From assembly GCF_009914755.1 (NCBI RefSeq), contig NC_060943.1: a stretch of 64,000 bases of DNA; one strand, 5' to 3'. Position 1 is the first letter of the stretch. Every line of letters begins with the position of its first letter. Position numbers and translations under genes: made by a program. A model generated the notes under the pieces. That model ran no database searches, was not told where the DNA came from, and saw nothing but the letters and a program-made list of their open reading frames with translations. Positions 29,081 through 43,609 of the stretch are shown in pieces. The DNA comes from the human T2T-CHM13v2.0 reference genome, Homo sapiens.

Positions 29081-30326
29081 TATACTAGTCTGCTCTCATG
29101 CTGCCAATAAAGACACACTCAAGACTGGGTAATTGATAGAGGAAAGAGGTTTAATTGACTCACAGTTTCACCTGGTTGAGGAGGCCTCACAATCATGGAG
29201 GAAGGCAAGGAGGAGCAAAGCCACATCTTACATAGTGGCAGGCAAAGAGAGAGCTTGTGCAAGGGAACTCTCATTTATAAAACCATCAGAACTCTTGAGA
29301 TTTATTCACTACCATGAGAACAGCATGGGAAAGACCCGTCCCCATGATTTAATTACCTCCCACTGCATCCCTCCCATGACAGGCGGGAATTATGGGAGCT
29401 ACAATTCAAGATGAGATTTGGGTAGGGACACAGCCAAACCATATCATTCTGCCCCCAACCCCTCCCAAATTTCATGTTCTCACATTTTAAAACCAATCAT
29501 ACCTTCCCCACAGTCCCCCAAATTCTTAACTCATTTCAGCATAAACTTAAAAGTCCATAGTCCAAAGTCTCATTTAAGACAAGGTGAGTTCCTTCCACCT
29601 AGGAGCCTGTAAAATCAAAAGCAACTTAGTTACTTCCCAGATACAATGGGGGTACAGGTATCGGGTAAATACACCCATTCCAAATGTGACAGACTGGCCA
29701 AGATGGAGGGGCTACAGGCCCCATGCAAGTTAGAAATCCAGCAGGGCAGCCAAATCTTAAAGCTCTGAAATTATCTCCATGGACACCATTTCTCACATCC
29801 AAGTTATGCTGCAAGAGGTGGGTTCCCATGGTCTTGGGCAGCTCTGCCTCTGTGTCTTTGTGGCTGCTTTCACTCCTGGTGTTGAGTGTCTATGGCTCTT
29901 CCAGGTGCACAGTGTAAGCTGTTGGTGGATCTACCATTCTGGGGTCTGGAGGACGCTGGCCCTCTCCTCACAGCCCCACTAGGAGGTGCCTCAGTGGGGA
30001 CTCTGTGTGGGGTTTCAAGCCCACATTTCCCTTCTTCATTGCCCTAGCAAAGGTTCTCCATGAGGGCGCTGTTCCTGAAGCAAACTTCTGACTGGACATC
30101 CAGGCATTTCTCTACATCCTCTGAAATCTAGGCGGAGGTTCCCAAACCTCAATTCTTGACCTCTGTGCACCCGCAGGCTCAACACCGTGTGGATGCTGCC
30201 TAGGCTTGGAGCTTGCACCCTTTCAAGCCATGGCCCCAGCTGTACCTTGGCCCCTTTTATCCATGGCTAGAGCAACTGGGATGCAGGATATCAAGTCCCT
30301 AGGCTACACACAGCCAAATCATATCA
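29081..30326 (-). mobile_element. THE1 MaLR: LTR (29081-29446), partial internal sequence and about 18-nt remnant of the second LTR
   Basis: ccaaaccatatca LTR terminus at 29446 and again (ccaaatcatatca) at 30326. Confidence 0.9.
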
Positions 30327-30350
30327 CAAGGGGTGGATTATTCATGAATT

Positions 30351-30378
30351 TTCCAGGAAGAGTGGGCAATTCCCAGAA
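30351..30378. promoter_or_regulatory. Tandem GAS (STAT1) motifs in MER41
   Basis: TTCCAGGAA (30351-30359) and TTCCCAGAA (30370-30378). Confidence 0.65.
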
Positions 30379-30741
30379 CTGGGGGTTCCTCCCCTTTTTA
30401 GACTATATAGGGTAATTTTCTGATGTTGCTATGGAATTTGTAAACTGTTTTGGTGTGGGTAGGAGTGTCTTTTAGCATGCTAATGCACTGTAATTAGCAT
30501 ATAATGAGCAGTGAGGACAATTAGAAGTCACTTTTGTTGCTATCTTGGTTTTGGCCGGCTTTTCTTACTACAACCTGTTTTATCGGCAAGGTCTTTATAA
30601 GCTGTATCTTGTTCTGACCTCCTATCTCATCCGGTGAGTTAGAATGCCTTAACCATCTGGGAATGCAACCCAGCAGTTCTCAGCCTTGTTTTACCCAGAC
30701 CCTATTCAAGGTGGAGTTGTTCGGATTCAAATGTCTCTGAC

Positions 30742-33700
30742 ATTTCCCCCCTCCCTTTTACAAGGCAACTCTTAATCCTAAGGGTTGTGGAAGGATGAAG
30801 ATCCATATTCTGTAACTTCTTCAGGCTGAATAGGGGCAATGCTTTCCTGCCTAACTGTTAGGGTCTCTTGTATTCAGGGTAGAGAGGAGCTCAGAAAGCA
30901 TAGTTATGGTGAGGGTCACTTGTAACTCCGAGTTCTGACAAAAGGTGGTATCTGTCTTGTTTATTCTGAACTGCAACCAGAGATCACTGGTTGGCTCACA
31001 GGAATAAGCAGTCAGTCTAAATTGCAGAAGAAAACCCTCAAAAACAACTGATGAGATTAGAATCTAATAACAGGTGTACCATAGTTCTTGAAACATAATT
31101 TTTCTCTCTCCAGTCTCCCATTTTTTACTAAAGACAAATCATGGCAAAACCAATTTGCTTTATTATACTTGGCCTAATTATTTGTATAAAGTGCAGCAAT
31201 AATAATTATTTTTCACAGAGGCTTTTAAAATTGACTTTGATGGAACTGTGTTTCATAAAATGAATCTCAGATAAGACTTTTTAAAAGCTGAGCCCAGCCG
31301 TGAGTTTGCACCCTCAAATACCTGAGTTGGGTAAATTCCTCTCCTCTTGAGGTCCCAAGATAACCTGGGGCTCCTGGGCCAATCAGAAAGTGACATTCTT
31401 TACTTACCACAGGTCGGGAACCCTGTACAGGGACTGTGTAGACAAGGCATGAGGCCAGGTTTCCCAAGGGGCTTTTATTGGCTTTATAAGTCAAGTTTGA
31501 TTCCTTAAAGGAAAACATACCATTCCAATCAAAGCTTTGGTAAAATCACCAGTTTCTCCAATTGTGTCTGTTTGCAAAAGAAAACAGATCCTTATTGTAC
31601 TTATGCAAATAACTATATTGCTATAAGTTAAGAATACTCACAAATAGTTTCCAAATTTTGGAGAAATCACGCAGAGAGAAACAAATATGCTCCAAATTTT
31701 GTTCACAGGAGTTAAGCTGTCAGTAGCTCAAAAGAAAAGTTTCCTTGACTCTGAAAAACAAAACAAAGGATCCGCAACATTTTAAGCAAAAAGCCGAAAA
31801 AGATCACCTCAGTCCTCTATTAGTTCAGTCCATACAGATAACTTCTGTTCTATTTGATATTCATGAACATTTCAGCTCTCCATGAGAGTCCTGAAAGTTT
31901 TTTCCTGTATTCTAATGTCACAATCTCCAAAGTTATCAGAAAACCTGCATTTAAGAATATCTGCTAGAGTCCTATAGCTGATTACAAACCACCTTTTGAA
32001 GAGGATTAAAACAAGAAAGCAATGATCTGTGGATGACATAAAGTCTTAGGACAGCCATAGTCAAAGATACGATTGACAAAGATATTTGGTTACCTTGTGG
32101 CACACAATAATTTAACATAACAATTGTAATTATTACTGATAATGTACACTAAGTTATATTAGAATAATAAGAGTTTCTCATGATTTGGGAACACATACCA
32201 ATACATATTTACACAAATACAGCCCAAAGAAAGCCAAACATCATTTCATATTTGACAGTGTTTCTTGTATGATTTTTGTATCAAATAAGCCAAATGCCAC
32301 CTTTGCATTAGTGTACTATTAATGTTAAACCTAATTCTTAATAAAATTTTATAGACAAATCTATTTAACCTTAATCAGTTTGACCATAAGGTAAGATTCT
32401 CGTAAACTTTTTATTAACCCTTAACAGATTTTCTTTAAAAAGCAGATCAGTGCTCTAAGATAAACCTTTTGTACTTTTATTCCAATGTTCAATTCATGGA
32501 AAAAACTGAGTAATACCCCTTTAACTTTAGCCAACATGTTCATACACAGAATTTCTTTCACAAGATCAATTTTTCACAAACCTTTCATAACTTGCTTAAA
32601 CCTTCAGCTTTATTCTATCTTAAAACTTAAAACAATCCTTCAACCCTTTAATCTAGGCAAAAACAATCCACATTCCCATGCCTTCTTATAATCTTTTACC
32701 AAAAACACATTTCACTTTTTTACGCACCTTGCATGTAAAACTTTTTTTCCTGAAGATTACATAAGTCACATGAACTAAAAGGCATTATAGTTTTTGTTTT
32801 TCTGAGAAAATATTTGATTTAAGCTCTTATTATTTTTAAACCAATTAATTAAAGCTCTTTTATATAAACATTACACACAACACATGTAAATACACAGACA
32901 GACAGAAGAAGATCCAGTAGTTGTAAGATTGTTCATTTGCCAGTTTGTTAATTGGATTACTGGCAGGGTGGAGCCTTTGGAGGAACAGGGCCAGGAAAGC
33001 ATGCAGTTTCTACAGCCTAACAAGCAGGCACAGCTGGAAGGCAAAAACAGATCCCCAAAAATTAAGGGCCTCATTTTTACACCAGGTCCTGGATCCCCAA
33101 AAGAAATGCTATAGAACAAGACAGTACAATAATTTTACCATGCATTTAATTGCTAGGCAACCCAAAGTCAGTCAGCCCATTCTGTGATTAACCCATCCCC
33201 CATAGGAGTCTTATGTCTGGGTGGGGGGAAAGGGCATTTCCATACTTTTTAGGTGGTCAAGAGCATGCTTTTCTGTTCCAAGAAAAAGCAAAGCGCCATA
33301 TATTCCCAAACCACTGCCATTAGTTATTTACCAAAGTATATTTCCTATCTAGTTATTACACACCAGAGTTCTCTCATAATGCAAAGTAATTTCTGATATT
33401 CCCCCAAATCAAAACCATCACATAACACAATGCGAAACAGAACAGAGTCTTCGATTTTGAGAGGAATCTATCCACTTTTAATTCCTAGGGTTTCATGAGG
33501 AAAACAGGTTTTTCCCAAAACGTGGTCTGTAGCACTTCCTGTTTTTCCCAAGGAGTTCCATGATGCTAGAGCTTGAAAAAGCTGACTTTTAACCATAGTG
33601 CTCTTAAAAAATCCTTTAAAATTTCTTATTACCCAACTTTAGCCAGGCCAAACTGCCAATATTTCTGGCTTTTGAACTTCACCAAAGGAAAACCTTCCAA

Positions 33701-34585
33701 ATGCTCCGAGAAAGGAAAATTCAAGATGGTTGGTGGAGGGGAAAAGAATCAACAAATGATGAAGGTCACACAGATATAAACCAGAAAGCACTGATTCCCT
33801 AAGCCAGGATTGAACCCAGGCCACCATTGGAGAATGGCACAGCCTTACCTACTGAGCTACAGCACTGAGCAGTTTCTGCTGCTTTTCCCAGAAGGAGCCT
33901 AGAGCAGCCAATTTTGAGCTTGCACAGGCTTTTAAGTGCTCAAGATAGTTTTTAGAGTTAACTGTGATATGAACCCCTAAATTCATGTTCCCTGGAAGGT
34001 AGAGCCAGGAGAAAGTACTGCCACATCGTTACAAGGTTAAGCTCCCAAGGACATCTTTCAACATGTGGTCTCTGGGCAAGATGAAGGAGCAGACAGTTGT
34101 CCTGAGTAACAGAAAAGAGAGAAAAGAGAAAGGAGAGAAAGGGAGAAAAGCATTGCCTGTGGCAGGGTAGGGAAGGCAAAGAACTCAGGGAGGCCAGAGA
34201 AAGACTCACCCATTGCAGCCACACTGAATCAAAAGTTTAGGCCGCCCCTTCTTGGTTGCGAAGGAATCTTTTCCAGCAGTCCCATCAGCTCTCAAGTTTC
34301 CCCCTTTGGGGAGAAGAAAAGTTCCCCATGTCCTATTGTCCCATGATCCTGTACATGCCTAATCCTGTCACCCACAGCCATCAGCAAAGAGTGCAAGGCA
34401 GATTAATCCAAAGAGAATAGCACTTAACATCCTGTAGTGCCAAACCTGTTCTTAGCACATAGAGAGGGACTTTACTGAGAGGGGCCTCCATCCTCTTAAG
34501 TCTTAGGAAGGATTCTAATCTGCCTAAGATGGGCCTTGAACCCAAGTTCGGTCAAGCGTCCTTGCCTTTAATTAAGAACGACCTT
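30742..34585 (-). mobile_element. MER4-group/MER41 non-coding internal sequence
   Basis: Contiguous with the PPT and LTR; AT-rich, no long ORF. Confidence 0.75.
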
Positions 34586-34780
34586 TACTCATGTATGATT
34601 ATTTTTATTGTGGTAGAAAGAGCTTGGAGCTAGTAGTTCAGCAAAGTGAATATAAACCCTGAATTGGCACGGAGTGATGGGGCACTTACTCTATTATTTA
34701 AATTCATTGCAATCATTACAGATGCCCTCCAGAGCTATCACCAAAGCCTCCCTTTTCTCTATTCAAAAGAACATTTAGAA

Positions 34781-34791
34781 CACACACGCAT

Positions 34792-34827
<36 letters not shown>
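34781..34827. repeat. (CA)n microsatellite
   Basis: Seen directly. Confidence 0.95.
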
Positions 34828-34828
<1 letters not shown>

Positions 34829-34849
34829 ATCCCTCTGTCCTCTTTTATG

Positions 34850-35107
34850 TCATCACTGACTCAGTTCAAAGAGCACTTCCTCAGAAGCATTCACTCACTC
34901 ACTCCCCAGATTTTGTCAAGGTTCCCTTTTATCAACTCCCATTTGAAATCTTTACTTTCCCTACATGCACTTTAAAAGAGATGGTATTTCAATAATTATC
35001 CTTTTAATGTCCATTTCATGTCCTGCACTACAATAGAAATGTCTTGCCATACACTCTGCATCTAGCACAGAGCCCTGTGCAGAGGAGATGCTCCATATTT
35101 ATTGACT
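34850..35107 (+). mobile_element. L2 3'-end fragment
   Basis: catctagcacagagccctgtgcagaggagatgctccatatttattga. Confidence 0.5.
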
Positions 35108-35179
35108 TCAACATCAATAGCCAAATTGAGGCACTGAGTGGAAGTAAACCAAATTCAATTAAATAAGATGGGTCAGGAA

Positions 35180-35612
<433 letters not shown>

Positions 35613-35614
35613 AT

Positions 35615-36775
35615 TTATTCTTATTTTTAATTTTAATATTTGTGGGTACATAGTAGGTGTATATATTTATGGGGTACATGAGATGTTTTAATACAAGCAT
35701 GCAATGCATAATAATCATGTAAGTGGGGTTTCCATCTCCTCAAGCATTTATCCTTTGTGTTACAAATAATCCAATTACACTCTTGGTTATTTAAAAATGT
35801 AGAATTAAATTATTATTGACTATAGTCACTCTGCTATGCTATCAAATACTAGATCTTATTCATTTATTATATTTTTGTACCCATTAACCATCCCTCCTAC
35901 CCTCAATACACTTTCCCATTAACCACGCCCCCTACCCATACCCTTTCCAGCCTCCAGTAACCATCCTTCTAATCTCTATCTCCATGAGTTCAATTGTTTT
36001 GATTTTTAGATCCCACAAATAAGTGAGAACAGGTGATGTTTGTCTTTCTGTGTCTGGCTTATTTCACTTGGTATGACCGCCAGTTCTATCCATGTTGTTG
36101 CAAATGGCAGGATCTCATTCCTTTTTATGACTAAATAGTACTCCATTTTGTGTAAGTACCCCATAGATACTTAGGTTGTTTCCAAATTTTGGCTATTATG
36201 AACAGTGCTACAACAAATATGGAAGTGCAGGTATCTCTTCAATATATTAACTTCCTTTCTTTTGGGTATATATCCAGCAGTAGGATCATATGGTAGCTCT
36301 ATTTTTAGTTTTTTGAGGAATCTTCAAACCGTTTTCCACAGAGGTTGCATTAATTTACATTCCTACCAACAGTGTATGAGGGTTCCCTTTTCTCCACATC
36401 CCTGCCAGCACTTGTTATTGCCTGTCTTAAGGATATAAACCATTTTAACTGGGGTGAGATGATATCTCATTGCAGTTTTGATTAGCATTTCTCTGAAGAT
36501 CAATGATATTGAACACCTTTTCATATGCCTGTTTGCCATTTGTATGTCTTCTTTTGATATATGTCTATTCAGATCTTTCACCGATTCTTTTGATCAGATT
36601 ATTATATTTTTTTCCTATAGAGTTGTTTGAGCTCCTTAGGTATTGTGGTTACTAATTTTTCTTTTCTTTTCTTTTTTTACTAATTTTTCATCATATGGGT
36701 AGTTTGCAAATATTTTTCTTATTCTGTGTGTTGTCTCTTCACTTCATTGATTGTTTCCTTTGCTGTGCAGAAGCT
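35615..36775 (-). mobile_element. L1MA 3' end
   Basis: ORF 36363..36581 is ORF2 C-terminal-like; L1MA 3'UTR. Confidence 0.85.
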
Positions 36776-37069
36776 TTTCTTTTCTTTTCTTTTCTTTTTT
36801 GAGAGGGAGTCTCGCTCTGTCGCCCAGGCTGGAGTGCAGTGGCGTGATCTCACTCACTGCAACCTCTGCGTCCTGTGTTCAAGTGATTCTCCCAAGTAGC
36901 TGGAAATACAGGTGCATGGCACCATGCCCAGCTAATTTTTGTATTTTTAGTAGAGACGGGGTTTCAACGTGTTGGCCAGGCTGGTCTCAATCTCTTGACC
37001 TTGTGATCTGCCTGCCTTGGCCTCCCAAAGTGCTAGGATTACAGGCCTGAGCCACCGCGCCTGGCTGGC
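36776..37069 (-). mobile_element. Alu
   Basis: Reverse Alu. Confidence 0.95.
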
Positions 37070-37654
37070 ATTTATTTATTGGGTGCTGCTACAGATCCCT
37101 CTGCAGATATTAAGCAAATGTGCTGAAAGCCTTTCCAAGAAAGAATGAGTCAGATTCCAATCCGGGCCTTAGCCCCAGGATATTGTCCACAGAAATGTGG
37201 AGCACAATGATTACGCCTCTTTCTCACTTAGGGGATTTTCTGTAGAATCTGTTTCTCTCCAGTTCTTGCCCTATATTGATATATTTCTCAGGGCTGCTCT
37301 CTAGAGGGTAAAATGTGATGTGTCAGAAGATCCATGGAAGCAGCCAGGAACCAGTTGCTAGGAGTTTGGAAAAAAATCCTGGGAGCAGGCAGAGGGTATG
37401 TGGGTTTGAATGTCAAAACGGCCATGAAGCAAAGTAAGTGAGAACCAAAGAATCCCATCAAAGTAGCCCCTGAGAGACCCTTAAGGCTGAAAGTGGAACT
37501 TAGCTCAGCATGGCCCTCTCAGCCAGGTGATTTTTTCTCTTGATTTCTGGTGAAGCGTGAGCTTGTAAAGCCACAGGGAGCCAGCACCTACCATCTTCTT
37601 GAAAGCCTGATGCCAAAGATCTTTAAACATCTTGACACCATATATCAAGGAATC

Positions 37655-37834
37655 CAGCTGCCAGATAAAATACAAGACTTCTAGTTAAGTTTGAATTTCA
37701 GATGAGCAACAAAGAAATATTTAGTGTAAGTATGTCCCAAGTGTTACCCAAAACATACTAAAATGTTTAAATTATCTGAATGTCAAATTTAAGTGGGCAT
37801 TCTTATGTTTTTATTTGCTAGACTGGCAACCGTA
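37655..37834. mobile_element. MER53 palindromic hAT MITE
   Basis: tgccagataaaataca...tttgctagactggcaacc. Confidence 0.8.
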
Positions 37835-37929
37835 ACTAGGAACACCCAACTCCCAGCATCCATGAAAGCTCTCTCTACTTTCCTGCAGACTCAAAGCCAA
37901 AGAAGTACCAATACTTCTTCAGGGACCAG

Positions 37930-38323
37930 TGTATTAAGCCATTTTTGCATTGCTATAAGGAAATACCCAAGGCTAGGTAATTTACAGAGAAAAGACGCTT
38001 ATTTGGCTCATGCTTCTTCAGGCTATATAGGATGCATGGTGCTGGCATCTGGTTGGCTTCTGGTGAGGCCTCAGTGACCTGTTACTCATGGCAGAATGTG
38101 AAGCAGGAGCAAGCATGTCACATGGCTAGAGTGGGAATGAGACTGAGAGGAAGTGTCACACATTTTTAAATGACCAGATCTTGCAAGAACCCACTATTGT
38201 GAGGACAGCACCAAGCTATGAGGGATCTTCCCCATGACCCAAACACCTCCTGCCAGGCCCCACCTCCAATACTGGTGATTATATTTCAACATGAGATTTG
38301 GAGAGGACATTCAACCTATATCA
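37930..38323 (-). mobile_element. MST-type MaLR solo LTR
   Basis: tgtattaagccattt...caacctatatca; TSD acca(g/t). Confidence 0.85.
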
Positions 38324-41300
38324 ACCATTTAAATTTAAAGTTGAGGAATGAAAACATTTAAGAGCAAGTAAGCATGAATTATGTTCACCCAATCGTACTC
38401 CTAAAACCATCTCAGCTCCTCTCCTTCAGCCAAGGGCATGTCCTCATGTCCAATCTGGTTCTCACTGGAGAGATTTGGGAGTGGGAACTCTGCAATCTTG
38501 CTGTGGTCAATAAAAGAACCTCCCAGAGGCTCACAGGGGCTTCAAGCTTCAATCGTAGTCCCCATTTCAGATCCTCTGACACTCTCCCATCCACTCTCCT
38601 TGTGCCTGCTTCAAAGCCACAGCAAACAGAAGCCAAACCTTTAGTAAGGATGATCCCAATCTCAATTCCAACCCCAGCCCCAGCATATCCACCTTTGCCT
38701 ATACCTAACACTACTATCTGGACATCCGCTTTCAGCCCAGGCCCTCGCTGTTTTCCTCATTGCCTCTGTGGCACCTCAGTCCCAGTTTGCCCTCCACCCA
38801 TCCAGGAAGCTCACTCCCTTCCCTGGATTCTCATCTTGGCTCTTTTATGAGCTTCCTTGCATGCCTTCACCTTCCTGGGTTCCAGAGAGCCCAAGACCAG
38901 CTCCCAGGAATAGTGCCCCTACCCCGATGAGCCTGATCCCAGAAGAATTAGCCCCAAAGTAATGCTGAGCTTTAGCCAGAACAAAAGCTAGCCTAGAAAA
39001 TTCCCCAGGCAGGAAACAGATGACTGCACATAAGTCTCATTGCCGACCCCATTCGTTTCCCACAGGGGCTTGTCTGCATCCTCATCCACGTGTGCTCAGG
39101 CTCAGAGTGAGTTTCAGGTGAGGAAAGAGTGATGAACAAGCAGAATGGAGGAGGAATTTGTGGGGTTGCAGGATGGGGCTCTGACAGGGCCCCAGGTTGG
39201 CAGCCAGGTTTGTTTCTCTCTGGGACCCACATCTGATCTATCCCTCAGGAAAGAGTCAGTCAGCCAGCCCCCAGGTGTGGAAACCAGATCTGTGACATCA
39301 TGGAGAACTGCTCCATGGATAAGCCCATGAGTAAGCCCTAGTGCCATTTACCCAGGTGTGGATTCACCTGCTCCTATGCTCCACTTCCAGCAATGATGAC
39401 AAACATTCTTTGGTCCCTTGGATCAAAAGACTTTGAGTCAAAAGGTTTCAGGTGTGAACTCTGACTGCACCTTCCCCCATAATCAAAGAAGGATCCAGGT
39501 AGGAATCCCTGCCATGCTCCAGGCTGAAGCGGGGAGAGAGCAGCAGAAAAGGAATTTCAATAACTGGGTCCTCCCAAGAGGGGACCCTGCTCTGTTCTCC
39601 ATCTCTCCACCTCTTGTCACAGATGCTCTTCAACCAATTCCGCCACCATGTGTCACCATGTGTCTCTGAACACAAATCTTAAACAATCTCTTTATCTCTC
39701 CAGATGAAGAAAGACCCACCAGGGCAGACAGAGCTGATGTTTCCTTGCAGTGGCTTAGACAGTAATCTGAGGTCCTGGGATACAGGGTACATTAAGATAT
39801 TAAAGACCTCGAGCTCTGAGTGTCGAATCTCATCATGATGGAATCCAACATAAAACAAGACTGAATGCACACATGATGCTTAATTGTGTGCGGAATTGAA
39901 AAAAATAGTTCTCAATTTTTTTGCTTGCAAATTGTGGGATACGTTTACCAGATTTGAACTTTTCCCTTATTTGTCATCCCGCTTTGTTGATTCTGTAACC
40001 AGGGGCTTGGGATTCATTTTGGGGATCCCAAAGCCCTTGTTTGTTGAAGGGTTTCAAAGTCTGGTAGGAGGGTGGTGCACACACAGATAGAATTGTTCAT
40101 CTGTGGGCGGCCTCTGACTCCCTCCCTGGGTAGGCCTCCAGGCCCAATCCTTCCTTCTGAGGAACCGCCGGGAAAGACTTTGATCAAAACAATTAAATGC
40201 ATTGGGAGCTCAGTCTGAGGCAATTATGTGGTTTCATAGAGGAAGAGGTAGAGATGACTCAGGCATTTCTGGCCCCATGTCAGCCTCAGGGCAATCACAT
40301 TCGGGATTTTGCAAAAGACACATTCACTCTGAGCACTGGAGACCTACATCTCTTTGTCCAGTTGACTTAAGTTCTCACCAAGTGAATATCTTCATGCTAA
40401 AGACAGTTTCATTTGTGATTAGGGACAGGAGAGCATGTTTCCCCTCGGTCCTCTGATTCTGACTGGAGGGGCAGTGCTGAGTTCTGGATCGGGGCTGCTG
40501 GCAGTACGTGGGAAAGCTGTCCTATCAGTACTGTATAGAACAGGTGGTCAGAGAAAATGCCTCCCTGGAAAACCTTTTCACATGGTTGAATGTCCCCAGA
40601 CATGAGAGGGAGTGGAGGACTTTGTTCTAGAGCCCACCTCAGAGGCCAGGCACTGCCAATGCCATGAGCAAAATCTTCCACCTCTTTCCCCCAATTTTCT
40701 CTCCATCTGGATTCTGTGTTGCTGAGGTCATTTGCTCTGTCTCTTCCTACCCTCTGTATTCTTCTCTCTCATCTGACTGACTTTTCTCACTCAATTTTCA
40801 AATATCACCTAAAATAATAATACAGATAAGAAACAAATGTATTCTAATGAAAATGTTCAGTCTGAGAAGTAAAGATTACATGGTGAGCATTGATAATTTT
40901 TATCATGCTTCCTACCCTCCCCAAAGGTAACTGCATTTAAGATGTAGTGTTTGTATTTTTCCATAAATTCTGTATAGTTGAATACATATAAGTCTACATA
41001 TATGCCACACTTTTCCCTTCTTATAAATAAGATATCATACATCCCCCCCTTGAAGCCCTAAAAGCCCACAGATCACAGATAATTCTCATGGCTGCCTAGA
41101 TTTCTATTTTATGGATAAATTGTAATTTATTTCATTTGTCTTCTTTTTGAAAATTATGTAGGTTGTTTGCAATATTTCAGCCTTACCCTAAAAATTCTGC
41201 AACAAATATTCTTGTATGTACATATTTGGGCACTTTAATTAGAGTGTTTAGTCAACAGCAATAGATGTGAAAATTCTGAAGCAAATTGTGTAAGATGCTC

Positions 41301-41619
41301 TGAGCCATATGCATAGGGAAAAATCTAAACAATAGATTAGACTAAAGCAATAAACATGAATGAACAGGTTCAGGGTTTCAGTTTTAAGAATTGAAACATA
41401 TTTTGAATGGCAGCCAGTAAAATGCACTGACTCCAAACACTTCAAACAAGACATTCCTGTTATCAGGAAGGTTAGGAGGGTAACGCTTGTTTTGTTCACT
41501 AAGCTGGGTGGACTCATGATTACTGAAGCAATACTCATTTCTGCTTTAGTCTCCTATGTTTGCATCCCATGAAGCTCAAATAAGAATTGAAGCAAATCTC
41601 TAAGATTTTTTTTTTTTTT

Positions 41620-41966
41620 GCCTTATCTCCTAAAACTTGAGGAATGCATGTGTTCTTAGTGATTCACATCCACGGGACAAAAACTCAAGGAGAAATAAGA
41701 GCTGACGTCATGCAAGTCTTGGCTGCTTTTGTTACTATACATTTTCTCTGAGAGTCCAACAGACTTCGGGCTGGAACTTGGCACTGGAGACTCATGTTCG
41801 GAATCATAGGGGAACATCTGGCTGTTAATCACTTGCACAATTTAGAACATTTCCTTTACATTGGCTTTAAATTCTAGCCCTTATTTCATTTTGTAGTCTT
41901 ATTTTCTTTCTTCTGCATGCTCACAATACCAAGCATTAAATGTATTTTAATAACTAAAAAAAAAAA
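41620..41966 (+). pseudogene. Candidate retrocopied mRNA 3'UTR fragment (parent gene not identified)
   Basis: Non-repeat sequence ending ATTAAA, about 15 nt, then A11; no counterpart seen in the right arm. Confidence 0.45.
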
Positions 41967-43186
41967 GGAATTTTATTTCTGGTGGTGTTACTAATGGTTG
42001 TGTGATTGTGCAGAGTCCAGAAAGCTGCTGACTTAACTACCCATCACCCAGCTCAAAACGCCCAATCCCCTCTTAGGTGAAAAGTGATGACCATACAGAT
42101 ATTTAAAGGAGAAGCACCCTCACTTACAACATCAGAGGGTCAAATCTACAGGCTCATCAGCTGTCCTACATTTTGTCAAAATAAAGCTCCTCTCAAACAT
42201 GGAGGCACATCGGCAGTTCATGGAGCCAGAAGTACCTACTTCACCCTCTCTCTTACATGGGTGGGCCTGAAATACTCCTTATCAGGGCATCTGGACTCTA
42301 TTTTGGGTGTGTGCAAAGTGTTTTGAAGGGTTTTTCTTGGTCGATGTTTTGTATTTGGGGGAAAAATTAATCATCCTCAAATTGAATCGCCTAATCACCA
42401 GGTGACCCCAGGTGATGGCATGGCACCATACTCTCCAGAGGTCTGCGATATTTGCCCAGTGGAGTACAGCTCCCAACAAGCCTGCGGTCCTCCATTCATG
42501 ATGCTCTCTAGAATCCCAAGATGGCGTTTGTTTGCCTGCATGGGATTCACCTTCCATGACTCTCAGGAATCAGGAACTCAAAAGACATGATCCTGTTTTT
42601 TTTTTTTTCTTTTTTTCTCTGCCTATGTGTATCAGCTCAGCCAACCTCCTCAATGTGCTTTCCCTCACGCCAGCGGCACACCAGCAAGTCAGCAAAGTTC
42701 AGGGGCTCAGTATGCACTGAATGAGGACACAAGTCTTATTTGCCTCTCCCTTGACTATGTTGGGGGTAAGGAGAAGACACAGCCTCTCTGCAAGCACAAT
42801 ACTCTTCCCTGAAAGGCCACCCTCTTTCTGGTTTCCAGTACTCCTCTTATATCACTAGTATCACTAGTTGGTTCTGCTTCTCTCCCATCCAGGGATCTGG
42901 AGAAGTTTCATATCAAATAAACATAAACACACGAATAAATGGGTGTGGTCCTGGAACCAAATAAATAATCTTCATTGAAGTGGGGATGGGGAGGTGTAAG
43001 ACAAAGACAGTAGTGACTTGCATTAGACAGGAGGTAGTGTGAAACCAGGACTCCTGAAACTGTAAGCCTGGTCTGCTGATCATGGACACCAGCAGAATGA
43101 ATTCATAAGTTCAAGTGGTGGAATAATATTTTTACAGAGGTAAAAGAAAATAACAGCCAACAAAGACCTTTCTAAAATAGCCTTCA

Positions 43187-43609
<423 letters not shown>

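Larger units (their letters stand above)
28950..30741 (-). mobile_element. MER41-type LTR (3' LTR of provirus), split by THE1
   Basis: Minus strand starts TGTCAGAGACATTTGAATCCGAACAACTCCACCTTGAATAGG; polypurine tract adjacent at 30742-30759. Confidence 0.85.
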
